From NCBI RefSeq assembly GCF_006345805.1, contig NC_042997.1, forward strand, positions 83,142,001-83,206,000: a stretch of DNA of 64,000 bases, read 5' to 3'. Numbering within the stretch: position 1 is the first letter of the stretch; each line of letters opens with the position of its first letter. Both the position numbers and the translations under genes were made by a program. The notes under the pieces were generated by a model. It was not told where the DNA came from, made no database searches, and was given only the letters and a program-made list of their open reading frames with translations. Shown in pieces: positions 1 to 13,251 of this stretch. The stretch comes from Octopus sinensis. Its lineage: Eukaryota.

Positions 1-155
1 TGCATGAAGCTTCTTACAGATTTCAGAATTCTCTCACAATGCTTTGGCCGGTCCGAGGCTATAGTAGAAGATACTTGCCTAAGGTGCCACGCAATGATAC
101 TGAACCTGAAATCATATAGTTGGGAAGCAAGATTCTTATAACACAACCTGCGCCT
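1..155 (-). mobile_element. tRNA-derived SINE, family A (partial)
   Basis: Reverse complement of the aggcgcagg...ggcaccttaggcaag..tcttctactatagcctcgg..ccaaagc motif recurring at 10070, 12272 and 40300. Confidence 0.75.
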
Positions 156-2175
156 ATTTAGAATTTTTTTGCTTTTTATGATTAAACATGCTTTATTACA
201 AATCACTACAATTGTTTGGGCACATCATTGTGGTAACTATTATGGTAATTGCTGGAAGTTACATATATCATACACATTATTGTATTAATATGCCTTTCAT
301 CCTTTCGAGGTCGATAAATTAAGTAACAGTGTAACACTGGGATCGATGTAACCTACAATCCCCCTCCCCACAATCTAGGCCTTGTGCCTGCAATAGAAAG
401 GATTATTGTGTTAATATGGTCCAACAGTAGCTATATACTAGCACGTCTTCAGGTGAATAAGGCCCAAAGAGAGCTGGAATTGGAGTCTTACACTGGTTTC
501 AAGATTAACCTGGGCTTAACTGATTGATTTTGCTTATTTATCGATTGAGAAATATGGAATGCTATGACATCTCGGCAAGATATGACCTTTCGTAAAATAA
601 CGAAAAGTGCAACTAAATACCTATTAGTGTACTAAGTAAAGTGGATGGGAGGTAGGTGAGGGATGTCTGCCCCGAGAGGCGCTTTTATGGGGAAGACACT
701 TTTAAGTCAACTCTATGAGCCAGTATAGGCTTATACATGAAACTAAAGGACTAATGTCACTATGCCACTGAGTGTACTAAGTTCAAATACAGCTGGTGTT
801 GTCTTTGTATTTTATGACTCTAGGAAGGCGGTGAATTGGCAGAGTTGCCTAAGGGTCGGATACAATGCCTTGCAGTATTTGTTATGGTTTTTGCATTTTG
901 AGTTCAAATCCCGTGGTGGTCAATGTTGAATTGATTCTTTCGGAGTCGATATATATAATCGATCAGTCAAGTACTGGAATAATTTTTTCCTCGCACTCTC
1001 GGAATCGTTTACAAAAAGTACGATCAAAATGTGCCCCCACTAATGATCTTTTAGGTCGATAATAAAAATTCTGTAAACCTAGTTCAGGCGGCATTTAATT
1101 AAGATAGCCATCTATGAATCATATTTAATGTATATACACTGTTGTAGCCAATTACTGCAGCATTTGTCCAGAGATACCACCTCTTATGGACTTGTGTTAA
1201 TAGCACCATAAATATTAGAGAGAGATGAAAATGCGTCCCAGCAGCGGCCAGTGACTCACTGCAAATATGGATCGCTGAAAAGCCTCAAAGAAGGCCAAAA
1301 TGCATGTGGCTCTTTCGCTTGTCACTACGGGAACGAATTTTCGTTTCCCCCTAATATTTATCGGGTTTTTAATACAGCAGATCCATAAAATACGTTACGT
1401 CATTTCTAACATTGTATAACGGGCTAGAAAACAGAGTGTATACATTAAGTATGATCCGTAGAAGTCTATTTTGATTAAATATTGCCTTAATTGCGTCTAT
1501 TGGATTTCTAATCTGCTATATGTTATAACAGTGAGTGTTTTATTCACTTTTTCTTATATAAACAAATAAACGAGTTCTCGTCGGAGCATAAGAATGGTTT
1601 CGAGTACATGCCATTGAAACGGTCCAAAAAGACCAAAATGCACGTGATGATCTCGTGACCATTGCTGGAACGAATATTTATTGCATTTTTAACCCAGCAA
1701 GTTCATTAACAATGTAATTCTAGGACAAGCATTACAGTAAGAGGCTTATCGACAATGTGTATACATTGAATATGATATACAGATGGCTATACATAAGTTT
1801 TTCATGCTTTTATGACAATTTTTATGAAGCAGAGGAGATCGTCATTGTCAGCATATCTTTATATTATAAGTCTGCTAAGTCATAGATAACATTCACTTAA
1901 GAAACAACGGCAACAATAACATCATCAATATTCCTTATAGAATATATTGAAAGATACAAGCCAGTTCCTGGTGGTTTTATTCCGGTTTCAGCACTGGAGC
2001 AGACGTTTACTATCTTAGGCAGTGCTTCCTTCAGAGCTCAATATTTTCATGTAAAATAAGGATGTTGAAGTGGAAAAAGACTATGCAGCACCGAGCTAAA
2101 TACGTGAAGACGAACAAAATGCCGTTAAGCATCTTACCCAGCGTGCTAATGATTCTGCCAGTTCACCGCCTTAAA

Positions 2176-2215
2176 TAGTAGCAGTAGTAGTAGTAGTAGT
2201 AGTAGTAGCGGCAGT

Positions 2216-2303
<88 letters not shown>

Positions 2304-2325
2304 ATAATAATAATAATAATAATAA
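2176..2325. repeat. Compound (TAG)n/(CAG)n/(TAA)n microsatellite
   Basis: Directly visible; abuts the 5' end of the R4-like element. Confidence 0.95.
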
Positions 2326-5300
2326 CAGGAGGTCCGCGCTGAATAACAACATTGATGTGCTACATCGGGATCTCCGTTCAAAAACAAATCTAATCTGATT
2401 TGAAGGAAATGGTCTTTTAACGAAAATAATCACAAAAATGAAATTTTACTGCCATACAAAGCACAGTTTCTCCTATTCACGACGTCTCAGTGAAACATGT
2501 GCGAAACACACACGAAATCAAAACCGGAAAGTTCACAAATTATAAAATATAAATGGAACAAAACAGTAAGAACATAAATTGAGTAATTACACATACACTC
2601 AAATATCAACACAATCATATATACATTTTTATATCCGTAGGACTACACATACATCCCAATGTTTACACAACTACGTGAAATTTACAGGACACACATAATA
2701 GCATATGAAAACACGTGCCACAATCGAGGCAAAACAAAAACAAAAAAACAAAAAAAACTAGTTTCTATTTTTTGAACTAAAACAGAGTGAACAATTCATA
2801 AGTTTAAAAACACCACAAAAAACTATGCCCGGAGATAAATCTATCAGCAAAAAAAAAAATACAGACGAATACAGATTTGTTAGCCTCAAGAAGCTACGTT
2901 ACGAGCAATGTTTACATGCAGAGAACTCGGAGGCGGTGTTGTCTCAAAAAATTAACTCTATACAGACAGATCCGTCCCCTAATGTCAACGTCCAAGCTCG
3001 TCATGCCTCAAGGATAACAATGCAAAATACAAACCGAAGTGGTCGTCACCTGAGACACCAAGGACCACGTACTCAAATGATGAACCAGATTCTGTACGAA
3101 AAATCAGCTACAGGTTCAAATCTTCCCGAAACACAGGAGCTGGAAGTACCCCACAATCGGAATATTCCGTCATCAAATAACCAAAAAGAAAAAAATGAAA
3201 ATGGTCTCGGAAACATAATAAAGAAGTTCTTACGGCCTTCTATCATGCCATATATTTCCCCACAAATAATAAGTCTAATACTGTACAAACCTGCTTAAAC
3301 TGGAGACAGAAATACCTTGAAGTAAGGCCCCACATAGACAGTAACAAACTTGCCAACGTCAGAAGAAACATTATGAAAAAGAAATTACTAACTGAATTAG
3401 AGATTGACCAAATTAAACAATCAGTCATGGATAAAGGGAACGAAGTTGCAGCTAAAGAAGATATTACAGAGGAAATAATTATAGACCAGCCTAGGGCTGA
3501 TGAAAATGCAATATTGATTGAAAGAGTTAATGTACTCGTAATTGATAAGCAAAGTGAACCAACCATAAACACTAAGGCAGATGAAAATCAAATAGATGAA
3601 GAAAGTCCCACAGAAATTGACTCAACAGAACTACATAATCTAAAAAATCAAATCATGACTGAATGGCTGAAGATTAAAAAAACAGTATGAATGAACACGA
3701 CTCTCCCAAAAATTCGCAATTCTAACCAAAATCTGAAAATAATTGGTAAAATCCGCCTTGCTCTTCAGGATATAATTTCAGCTAATGATGTTGATATTAC
3801 AGATCTCAACCACCTGTACTATGCATCCGCGAAAATCTCAAAGATTCTATATGTTGAAAAGATTAGAAAACGATAGTATTCCCACAAAAAGCCTACTTGG
3901 CAAGACTGTATTCAACACCAAATTCAGCTACTTAGGTCTGACATAGAAAGTTTAAAAAACCTTCAGTTTGACAAGACTATCAAACTAACAAAGACCCGAA
4001 AATTAAAAAAGAATATATGAAAACCATATTTGTGATCGGTACCACCATAGAAACCATCAAGCAAAAGGTGTGTGCTAAAGCTGCCCGCATAGCAAGGTAT
4101 GAAAAGCGCGTTAGATTCTTCAAGGACATGTTCTGAAATAACCCAAAAGTTTTTACAGGAAGATAGAAAAAACACCAGTTACAGTAAAGTCTGTCCCATC
4201 AAAAGAAGAAGTGCAGAAATTTTAGAACAAAATTTGGGAAGAAGAGAACACATACAATGAAAAGGCCCCTTGGATTGATGGAATATCTACAGACTTAGAC
4301 TCTTTAGAAGAGCAAAAGTGGGAGGGTATCAAGGTAGAAGATGTAAGATCTCTCAGGAAGTCAAGCAAATGGAAGTCTCCAGGAAAGGATAAAATTCCTA
4401 ACTTCTGGTTGAATGCCTTCCCAGAGAGCCAAGAACCGCTAACAAAAATTTACAACAATGTTTTGCACCAACCTAGTATGATTCCCTCTTGGCTAGTTAA
4501 TGGTGTAACATTCCTACTTTCAAAAGATGAAGAAACAAATGAACCAAAAATTATAGACCCATAACCTGCTTAACAACAATGTATAAAATGCTAACGTTTG
4601 TCTTGACTGAATATACCTATAGTTTAATTTTTAATAAAAAGTGGCATATTCCCTAATGAGCAAAAAGGATGTAAACGTGGGTCTTATGGTTGTAAAGATC
4701 AGCTACTCATCAATAAGATGATCTTGGAAGGTTATCACAAACGATACAAAAACTTGTCGATAGCCTGGATAGACTATAAAAATGCTTTTGATTGTCTAGC
4801 ACATAGCCCTCTCGAACTTGTTCAGTGATATACAATACGATTATAAAATGTTTGACAAAAATATAAATCATCTCATTTACATGGATGATTTAAAGCTCTT
4901 TGCAAAAAATGACAAACAACTACAGGGCTTACTAGTGATTGTTAAACAATTCAGTGATGCAATTTGGCCTCGAAAAATGCCCAAAAGCTAGCTTTGCCAA
5001 AGGAAAAATGACAGAAACATCCAATGTCAATCTTGACCAGCAGAATGTCATAAAGGAATTAGAACCAGCGGAGAGCTACAAATACCTAGGGGCATTTGAA
5101 GGGGACGGAGTCAAACATTCACTGATGAGGGAAAGAATCAGAAGAGAATGTTATCGCAGGGTAAGGGCAATGCTCAAGGCAGAGCTGAATGCAAGAAACA
5201 GGATCGAAGCGAGCAATACTTTAGCCATACAAGTCGTGACTTACAGTCCAATATCATTAACTGGTCATGAAATGTGTAATCTTGACAGAATAATACGAAC

Positions 5301-6584
5301 ACTTTTGACAAAGCATAGAATGCACCACTCTAAGGCAGATATAGAACGACTTTATCTGCCAAGAAAAGTGGGAGGCCGTGGACTTTTACAACTGGAATTA
5401 ACAATGAAGATTGCCACAATTGGCCTAGACACCTACCTGAAAAACTCTGATGACTGGATGTTAAAACTTGTCTCAAAGCATGAAAGCAAAAAAACATCAT
5501 ACTCAGTAGCAAAACAGGCAAAGGAATATCTAAGTGAATTCCAAATACGACAAACTCCAGAATTAGACGTACTAGAAAAAAGCACTGAAAAAGCTAACCG
5601 TATGAACACTCGTGCTGAAACTGCTCCCTTAAATATTCTTACTGATAAATGGCAAGAAAAACCTCTCAATGGCAAATACTCAAAGAGAGTTAATAGTGCT
5701 GATGTTGACGAAGCCCTTACCCATCAATGGTTTCTGGCTTAAAATCAGAAACAGAAGGGTTTATCGTAGCAGCCTAAGATCAATGCCTACCTACAAGAAA
5801 CTACCAGGCCAACATATTAAAGAACGGCAGCTGCCCAGCATGTCGTGTATGTCATCAACAAAAGTAAACCATTGATCATGTTGTCTCCATGTGCAGTCTT
5901 CTTGTGCCTACAGAGTATCTCAACTGGCATGACAGAGTAGCACAATATATTCACTGGGTAATTTGCAAAAACCTGGATCTTCCCCATAGTAAAAACTGGT
6001 AGGAACACAAACCACCGCCAGTGTTTGAAAATGATCACATCTCAATCCTCTGGAACTTCACCAGTCAAACTGACAGAAAGATAGATGTGAATAGGCCAGA
6101 CATTATATTGAAAGACTTCAGACAAAAATCATGCCTCCTCATTGATATGACTGTCCCAGTTGATATAAATGCATCTGTCAAGACTTACCAAAAACTGAGC
6201 AAGTGTAAAGATCTTGAAATAGAAATTGGCAAAATGTAGAACCTCAAGACTAAAACAATACCTGTTGTCGTAGGTGCCCTGGGAATGATAGCAAAAGGGG
6301 CTGATTGTTACCTAGCTCAGATACCAGGAAACCCCAAAATGGTAGAAATTCAAAAGATAGTGCTCGTGGGACCTACCTACAGCCTCCGTAAAATACTGTC
6401 TATGTAATCTCAAATTTTAAAACAAACTCATAATTTTCTTATGTTCTCTAGAACTATGTGCAAAACCAAATATATGACACCCTAGGCATAACACCAACAC
6501 GAACTTCTAACTTGTTGTCTCTTGAGGTCTCTGGGTGAGACTCGGAGCAAACTTGTACAAATACAAAGCAAAAGTCAAACATAT
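2326..6584 (+). mobile_element. Degenerate near full-length RLE-type non-LTR retrotransposon (R4/Dong-like), intronic and antisense to the integrin gene
   Basis: Frameshifted pieces read [63 protein letters not shown], a CCHC-like segment, RPDIIL, IDMTVP and IPVVVGALG (RT + zinc knuckle + restriction-like endonuclease); stop at 6405-6407. The QGD-containing RT segment appears deleted near 4805. (AAT)n tracts on both sides. Confidence 0.88.
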
Positions 6585-6594
6585 AATAATAATA

Positions 6595-6650
<56 letters not shown>

Positions 6651-6654
6651 CAAC

Positions 6655-6722
<68 letters not shown>
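6585..6722. repeat. (AAT)n microsatellite (tail/target of the R4-like element)
   Basis: Directly visible, with a short (AAC) interruption. Confidence 0.95.
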
Positions 6723-6725
<3 letters not shown>

Positions 6726-6738
6726 GGTTGAAGTTTAC

Positions 6739-6917
6739 CGAGCACGGTTCGAATTCGCTTGTAATCCAACGGAATATCCAAAATATGTGTTTTTAGTGCC
6801 ACTAAAGATAATCGGTGATTTGGTGTCTAAATTGAATGTGATAGCAGGATGCGGTAGATGTAACAGCAGGAATATGAAATGGCTAACAACTAATCTGAAA
6901 GCCATGCCACTTTCCAT
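6739..6917 (-). CDS. Integrin alpha subunit, first coding exon (signal peptide + start of beta-propeller FG-GAP repeat 1)
   Basis: Translation MESGMAFRLVVSHFIFLLLHLPHPAIT|FNLDTKSPIIFSGTKNTYFGYSVGL: hydrophobic leader, then the FNLD mature N-terminus and G-x-x-x-x-YFGYSV typical of integrin alpha chains. Ends at donor CG|GTAAAC (intron starts 6738, phase 2). Pyrimidine-rich acceptor ttgttgTAG|GGTTTAACATG puts the exon start at 6925. Paralogue not assignable. Confidence 0.88.
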
Positions 6918-7699
6918 GTTAAACCCTACAACAATAAAAAGAAGAACAATAATTAATAAAAAATGAGTTTCATAAAATAAAGAATTTATATTTATGTGAG
7001 CGGGCGAGAAGAAGACATTAATTATTTATTTATTTGATTATTTAATTCATATTTTTGTTCACAAGATAAATAGCAAAGGCAAAATGGATAAAATACATGT
7101 TTTGCTATATTTAATTTTGGTTCGTTGCATTTTGGAGGCTAACTTTACCTTTCAGCTTTTTGTGGTCTGAAAAATAGTACAAGTCATGTACTGAGGTTAA
7201 TTAAATCGTCAAATGATTTTCCCAAAAATTATGGTCTTGTGCCAATTTTAATTAATTCAACTAACGTATGTTAACATATTTTAACATATTTTTACTGACC
7301 TAAATTTTCATTATGCCTAAATACTGCTTGGAACTAATATTTCGTTATTTTCCACGATCAAACGAATTACCAGTGCAATTTGCTCTGGTAATTGTTGTTG
7401 ACTGTATTTTACGTAAAGCTATTACTTTATAATATTTGTTCAGAGATGTCTCTCTTAGGTACTCCTCTTCCATAAAAGCCATCTAGCTTGAAACATCGAT
7501 GTCTGAGAATCCTGATAGATGGCGATTCTGAACATAAAGGGTGTTTTCATACCCCTTTACCGTAAAAGAGAAGTATTTTCTCTACAGTAACTGCAGTGAA
7601 TTTGCCTTTTAGCAGTTCAAATATGTCATAAACCTGTCTTAACTAACCCAAATTTTGCGCATATATATATATACATGTGTATGTGTGTGTGTGTATGTG

Positions 7700-7766
<67 letters not shown>

Positions 7767-9436
7767 TGTGTACGACAGGATTCTTTCAATTTCTATCTAC
7801 CAAATCCACTCACAAGGCTTTGGTCAGCCCGGGGCTATAGTGAAGACACATGCTCAAGATGCTGTGGTTGGAAAGTAAAGAACTATGCCGGTGACAATAT
7901 GCAAAGCAAATGTTAATTACGATCACAGGAAAGTCATTTCAGCTACGTTAGAACTTTCAGTAACTTTTACAGTCAATTTTTATTTATTTATAATAGTACG
8001 CAGGCGCAGGAGTGGCTGTGTGATAAAAAGCTTGCTTCCGGTATATCGTTTTGTTTAGTTCGACTGCTATCTTTGTGAATAACACACATGTTTTATTGGT
8101 TGTCTTGGCGATTTAATGGAGGGGCGTCGTGTGATAAGTTGGGAAGATTTGAATTCTTCTTCTTCAGACTTTGTGTAATCTGAGGAAGAAATGGAGCATG
8201 TATAGATATGCAAGTATATGCATGGGAAGACATATATAAAACAAAACATACAAAACTGTACATATACATACATGCATGCATACATACATACATATATACA
8301 TACATACATACATACATACATACATACATACATGCATACATACATACATACATACATACATACATACATACATACATACATACATACATACATACATACA
8401 TGCATACATACTATGTTATTGATGTTGAAATTCCAATGAATGTGCTTTGGATCTAGGTTAGAGACTGGCTCTCTCTATAGACAAATAATCTTGAAATAAA
8501 ACTGAATGACGACATGCATGCATGCATACCAACAAATTTGCACAAAAGCCTAGAAATACCTGGTTTCACGGAGAAAGAGCAAAAGAATCTATGGATTCTC
8601 CAAATCCAATCTATTAGCTGTAAACTGAAGATTTGTAAGACATTCCAAAATATCCCCATCTGATATTCTTATGTGAATAAATGTACATACTTGGGTGTGT
8701 GTATCAACATCTCAACCAATACCCCACCTCAACTACATATTTACTAACTTCGGGAACTTCTTTAACTCAGGAAGTCTTGTGACCGGCTTGAACTCTCTCA
8801 AAAAGAACTTTAATAAAACTCAAAGAAAAATCGTACATACATACATACATACATACATACACACACACATACATACATACATACATACACACATACATAC
8901 ATACATACATACATACATACACACATACATACATACATACATACACACACACATACATACATACATACATACATACATACATACATACATACATACATAC
9001 ATACACACACACATACATACATTCATACATACATACATGCTGACATGCAGGCATACATATATACATACATACATACAAATTCACTCACTCGCATATTCAC
9101 AAATCCCCGGAACGTCTTGATTCAAACGAAATGCTGTTACTTTGTTGGTGAGGTTTAAAAAATCGCAAAGGAAAACATACATACATAGGTATGTTTCAAG
9201 CTTCCACTCGAATCACATTCATTTGATGAATGCTCAATTTAACATGAAACTTACAGGTAATGATGTCACCGAAATACCCTTCTTTAAAGACAAAATATTG
9301 GCATACCTCGACTTACGTCATTTCGAGTTTTGTCTTTTTCTACTTGCATCTTTTTTTAAGAAATAAGTTGGGGAGAAAAAGCATAAATCCCAACTGCAGT
9401 CGATTGATCCGATTTTACATCGGTCTTAGTGATATA

Positions 9437-9984
9437 TTGGGTTGTCCGGAAAGTTCGTGCCGATTTATAGTAGCTTACCTTTCGACTTATTTTAAAACAT
9501 GGTTGAGTTCATAAAATAGGATTTGACTACACCTCCATTTAGAGCACAGTTTAAGCTATCATTTCATGGAAGAAGGTTTATGTTCCTATAACCTGTGTTA
9601 ATTCTGTAACCCTTTAAAATGGAAGATAAGAAAGTTCATTTTCGACACTTGATGCTTTGGGAACCAGACAAAAATTGCTGCAGCTCGGTTGGGATGTGTT
9701 ACCCCACCCTCCATATTCACCAGTTATTGCTCCTTCGGATTTCCACTATTTCAGGTCTCTGCAGAATAGTCTTAATGGTAAAATATTTCAATTCCTTGGA
9801 TGACGTTAAAAGATACCTTGATAAATTCTTTGCCATGAAACCACCTCAATTCTGGGAAGAGGATATTTTCAAAGAAAGATGGAGACGCATTGTGCAACAA
9901 AATAGTTCATATTTGGTTGATTAAAAATGTAATGGCAAGTATTTATTGACCGTTTTCTTTCCTTTAAAAATCGGCACAACCCAA
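9437..9984 (+). mobile_element. Internally deleted mariner transposon
   Basis: TA|TTGGGTTG...GTGCCGATTT and AAATCGGCAC..AACCCAA|TA ends with TA duplication. N-terminus MEDKKVHFRHLMLW is joined out of frame to C-terminal LGWDVLPHPPYSPVIAPSDFHYFRSLQ and ERWRRIVQQNSSY (YSPDLAPSD-type motif). Confidence 0.9.
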
Positions 9985-10069
9985 TATTTAAAAGCATAAG
10001 ATTACAATGAAAATAATAAACACCAATACTGAGGTGGAAAATCAAATTAAATACATTTAAAAATATGTA

Positions 10070-10450
10070 CTAACAGGTGCGGCTACGTGATAAGGAGTTT
10101 GTTTCTCAATCATATGGTTCCGGGTACAATCCTACTGCGTGGCACCTTAGACACGGTTTTTTTTTACTACATCCTCGAGCCGACCAAAGCCTTGTGAATA
10201 GATTTGGTAGGCAGAAACTGAACGAATCCCGTTGTGTGTGTGCGTGTGTGTGTATGCATGTATTTATATGTTTGCGTGTGTTTGTGTGTATTTGTCCCCC
10301 AACACCGCTTGACAGAGTTGTGTTTACGTGCCCGTAACTTAGCGGTTCGGAAAAAGACTGATTGAATAAGTACCGGGCTTTACGAAAGATAAGTATTGGG
10401 GGTTGGTTCGTTTGGCTAAAATTCATCAAGCTGGTGCCCCGGAATGGCCA
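10070..10450 (+). mobile_element. tRNA-derived SINE, family A
   Basis: Head aggtgcggctacgtgataaggag..., core tggcaccttag...ccaaagccttgtg, internal (TG) tract, tail ccgtaacttagcggttcgg... Confidence 0.8.
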
Positions 10451-10903
10451 CAGAATAACTAGTCACAGAATAACAGAATAACCATTTAATAAACAGACAC
10501 ATGTTAATAAAGTTTAAAACGTTTTCGTGTTACGTCGTTCTAGTTAAGTCGCAGATCTTGGAACCAATTACCGACGTAAGTTGTGGGATACCTCTATTGT
10601 CATTTTGATAGAAATTCAGCTACTATTTCTAGCAGGTCGAGCGAGCATTCTGGTATATAGAAAGAATCATGACTTGCCTCGGTTCATATACCAACACCCT
10701 GGATAGAATTAGGCGGGTACGTCTATGTGACCATCCAATCTGCTGGAAAAGCAATCAAGTCTCTTTAAAATTTCACTTTACTCTTTAAAAACAACCACAA
10801 AAGTACATAAAGGAGAGCAAATGCTGTAAAAGTTGGATAGCTGAGACTAGAATATTTTTTTATTATGGTTTCTTTTGGTCAGAGCTAAATAACCTAGGGT
10901 ATG

Positions 10904-10946
<43 letters not shown>

Positions 10947-11174
10947 TGTGTGTTTGTTTGTGTGTGTGTGTGTGAGGGTGTGGATGTGTGTGTGTGTGTG
11001 TGTGCGTACGTGTGCGGTAGGGGAGGGAGTAAACAGCAACAACATGGTTGGAAGAAAATGAAGAAAAAAGAAGCGAAATTGTTTTGTTATACTTACTTAG
11101 TTGATTGGTAAATCATGAGCAAGAGGAGGGAAAGAGAGAAAAGGGGAGGAAGAGAAGGGAGAGAGAGAGGAGGA

Positions 11175-11352
11175 GAAGAAGAAGAAGAAGAAGAAGAAGA
11201 AGAAGAAGAAGAAGAAGAAGAGAAGAAGAAGAAGAAGAAGAAGAAGAAGAAGAAGAAGAAGAAGAAGAAGAAGAAGAAGAAGAAGAAGAAGAAGAAGAAG
11301 AAGAAGAAGAAGAAGAAGAAGAAGAAGAAGAAGAAGAAGAAGAAGAAGAAGA
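11175..11352. repeat. Long (AAG)n purine tract
   Basis: Near-perfect trinucleotide array with one register slip near 11220; mirror-repeat purine/pyrimidine tract (triplex-prone). Confidence 0.95.
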
Positions 11353-11807
11353 AATCAGCTGGCGGTCCGGCGGTGAACACAGAGGTAATATGTGAAAGAG
11401 GTGAAAATCAGTAGTTTTGAAAAGCACAGATCGAGTCAGCGCTGTTTGTGTTTGTTTTAGTTTGCCCCTTCTTTTATGTAAACAATGAACGAATGAATGG
11501 GTGAATCATACATTTCAAGCTGAAGTAATGAATGAAAGGGTAGTGACGCGATGGAAGTCAACAAGTTGCTGTAAAAGTCGTCGTTGTTGTTGTTGTTGGT
11601 GGTGGTGCTGATGTTGTTGTTGTTGTTTGTTGTTGATGTTGTGTAACTTCCAAGTCAACGCTATGATAAAAAGTATACATAAGCCATCAATATCCGGGAC
11701 AACATAAGCTAATATATCCTTCCACATTTCATTCACTAAGTGTAATTTGACGTACGTTTGGCTGTTATTTTTAGCAGGTCGAACATCTACATACATCGGT
11801 TATTGTT

Positions 11808-12108
11808 GTTTGTTCCTTCACGAACCAAGCCTGGCTCATAAGCGCCGGTTTCCCGGTTTCATTGTCGTATAGGTTCCCCACTTGGACGGGATGCCGGTCC
11901 GTCGCAGGTGAGCTGCTAGATGCAGTAGAAAAGAAAGGAGGTTGTGGCGAAAGAGTCAGCATAAGTTCGCCATTACCTTCTGTCGGGGCCGCGTGGTGCT
12001 TAGGTGTTTCGCTAATAAACACACATACATCGGCCGGTCTGAGATTCGAACCCGCGATCTCTCGACTGCAATTCCGCGGCTCTAATCACAAGACTATGTG
12101 CCTCCACA
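11808..12108 (-). mobile_element. tRNA-derived SINE with V-domain-like centre
   Basis: Minus strand: tRNA-like head with GGTTCGAATC B box, cctgcgacggaccggcatcccgtccaagtggg centre, aacaacaataac tail. Confidence 0.65.
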
Positions 12109-12271
12109 CATACATCGGTGGCTCACAATTTTTTTTTCCTAATTCACATACTGGAGATCATACATACATACATACATACATACATACATACATACATACA
12201 TACATACATACATACATACATACATACATACATACATACATGCATACATGCATACATACATGCATACATGC

Positions 12272-12625
12272 AGAGGCGCAATCGTGACTGTGGTAAGAGG
12301 CTTGCTTCCCAACCACATGGTTCCGGGTTCAGTCCCACTCCGGCCGATCAAAGCCTTATGAGTGGATTTGGTAGACGGAAACTGAAAGAAGCCCGTCGTA
12401 TATGTGTATAGATATTTGTGTATGCGTCTGCGTTTGTACCCCACCATCGAGTGACAACTGGTACTGGTTTGTTTATATGCCTATTATCTAGCGGGTCGGC
12501 AAAATAGCCCGATAGAATAAGTACTAGGCTTACAAAACACAAGTTCTGAGGTCGATTTCTTTGACTAAAACTGATTAATGCGGTGTTCCAGCATGACAGT
12601 AGTTGACTGAAACCTGTAAAAGAAT
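12272..12625 (+). mobile_element. tRNA-derived SINE, family A
   Basis: gaggcgcaatcgtgactgtggtaagaggcttgcttcccaaccacatggttccgggttcagtccc head and the family tail. Confidence 0.8.
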
Positions 12626-12939
12626 ATATATATATATATATAATTTTTATATATATATATAAGTTTTCTTCAACTGACGTGATGTATTGGGTATGTATTA
12701 TGAGTGCTCAGTTAGGTTTACCACTAAAACACTAGTTTGAACTGCAACTGAAAAGTTGAGACTGCCTATCAGAGGCAGCGAGGAATGGTTTTTCTTTGAG
12801 TAGGCAGATATAGATTAAAGTAAAATTGAAAAAGCAAAACGTTTGGCATCACTTGAAAAGGATATTTAATTTAGATAGAAAATATTAACATACAAACATA
12901 TGTTTTGCCTTTTCATTTTTACTTTAATCTGCTTGTATA

Positions 12940-13180
12940 TAGATATATGTATTTCGTTTTAGGATTTGGTTTGCAAGATTCTTTATATAAGTTCGTGTGT
13001 TGAAGCATATTCTGTTGTGTCTGGGGAGAGTCATTTTCTTTTTGTGCCTTATAATGTAACATACTCACCGGTAAAATTTCCACTTATTTCTTATTTTTAT
13101 TATATTATTTTTAAAATTTTTAGATTTTTAAATTTTAAAAATTTTTTTATCAAAAAAAAATAAAAATAAGAAATAAGTGG

Positions 13181-13251
<71 letters not shown>

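Noticed and set aside
1290-1715. Diverged direct repeat with about 335-bp period
   Set aside because: Low identity and probably the internal structure of an old repeat; nothing further supportable.
6535-6966. Plus-strand 143-aa ORF with poly-N
   Set aside because: It is the antisense of the integrin exon plus the (AAT)n tract; the minus frame has the recognisable motifs and splice sites.
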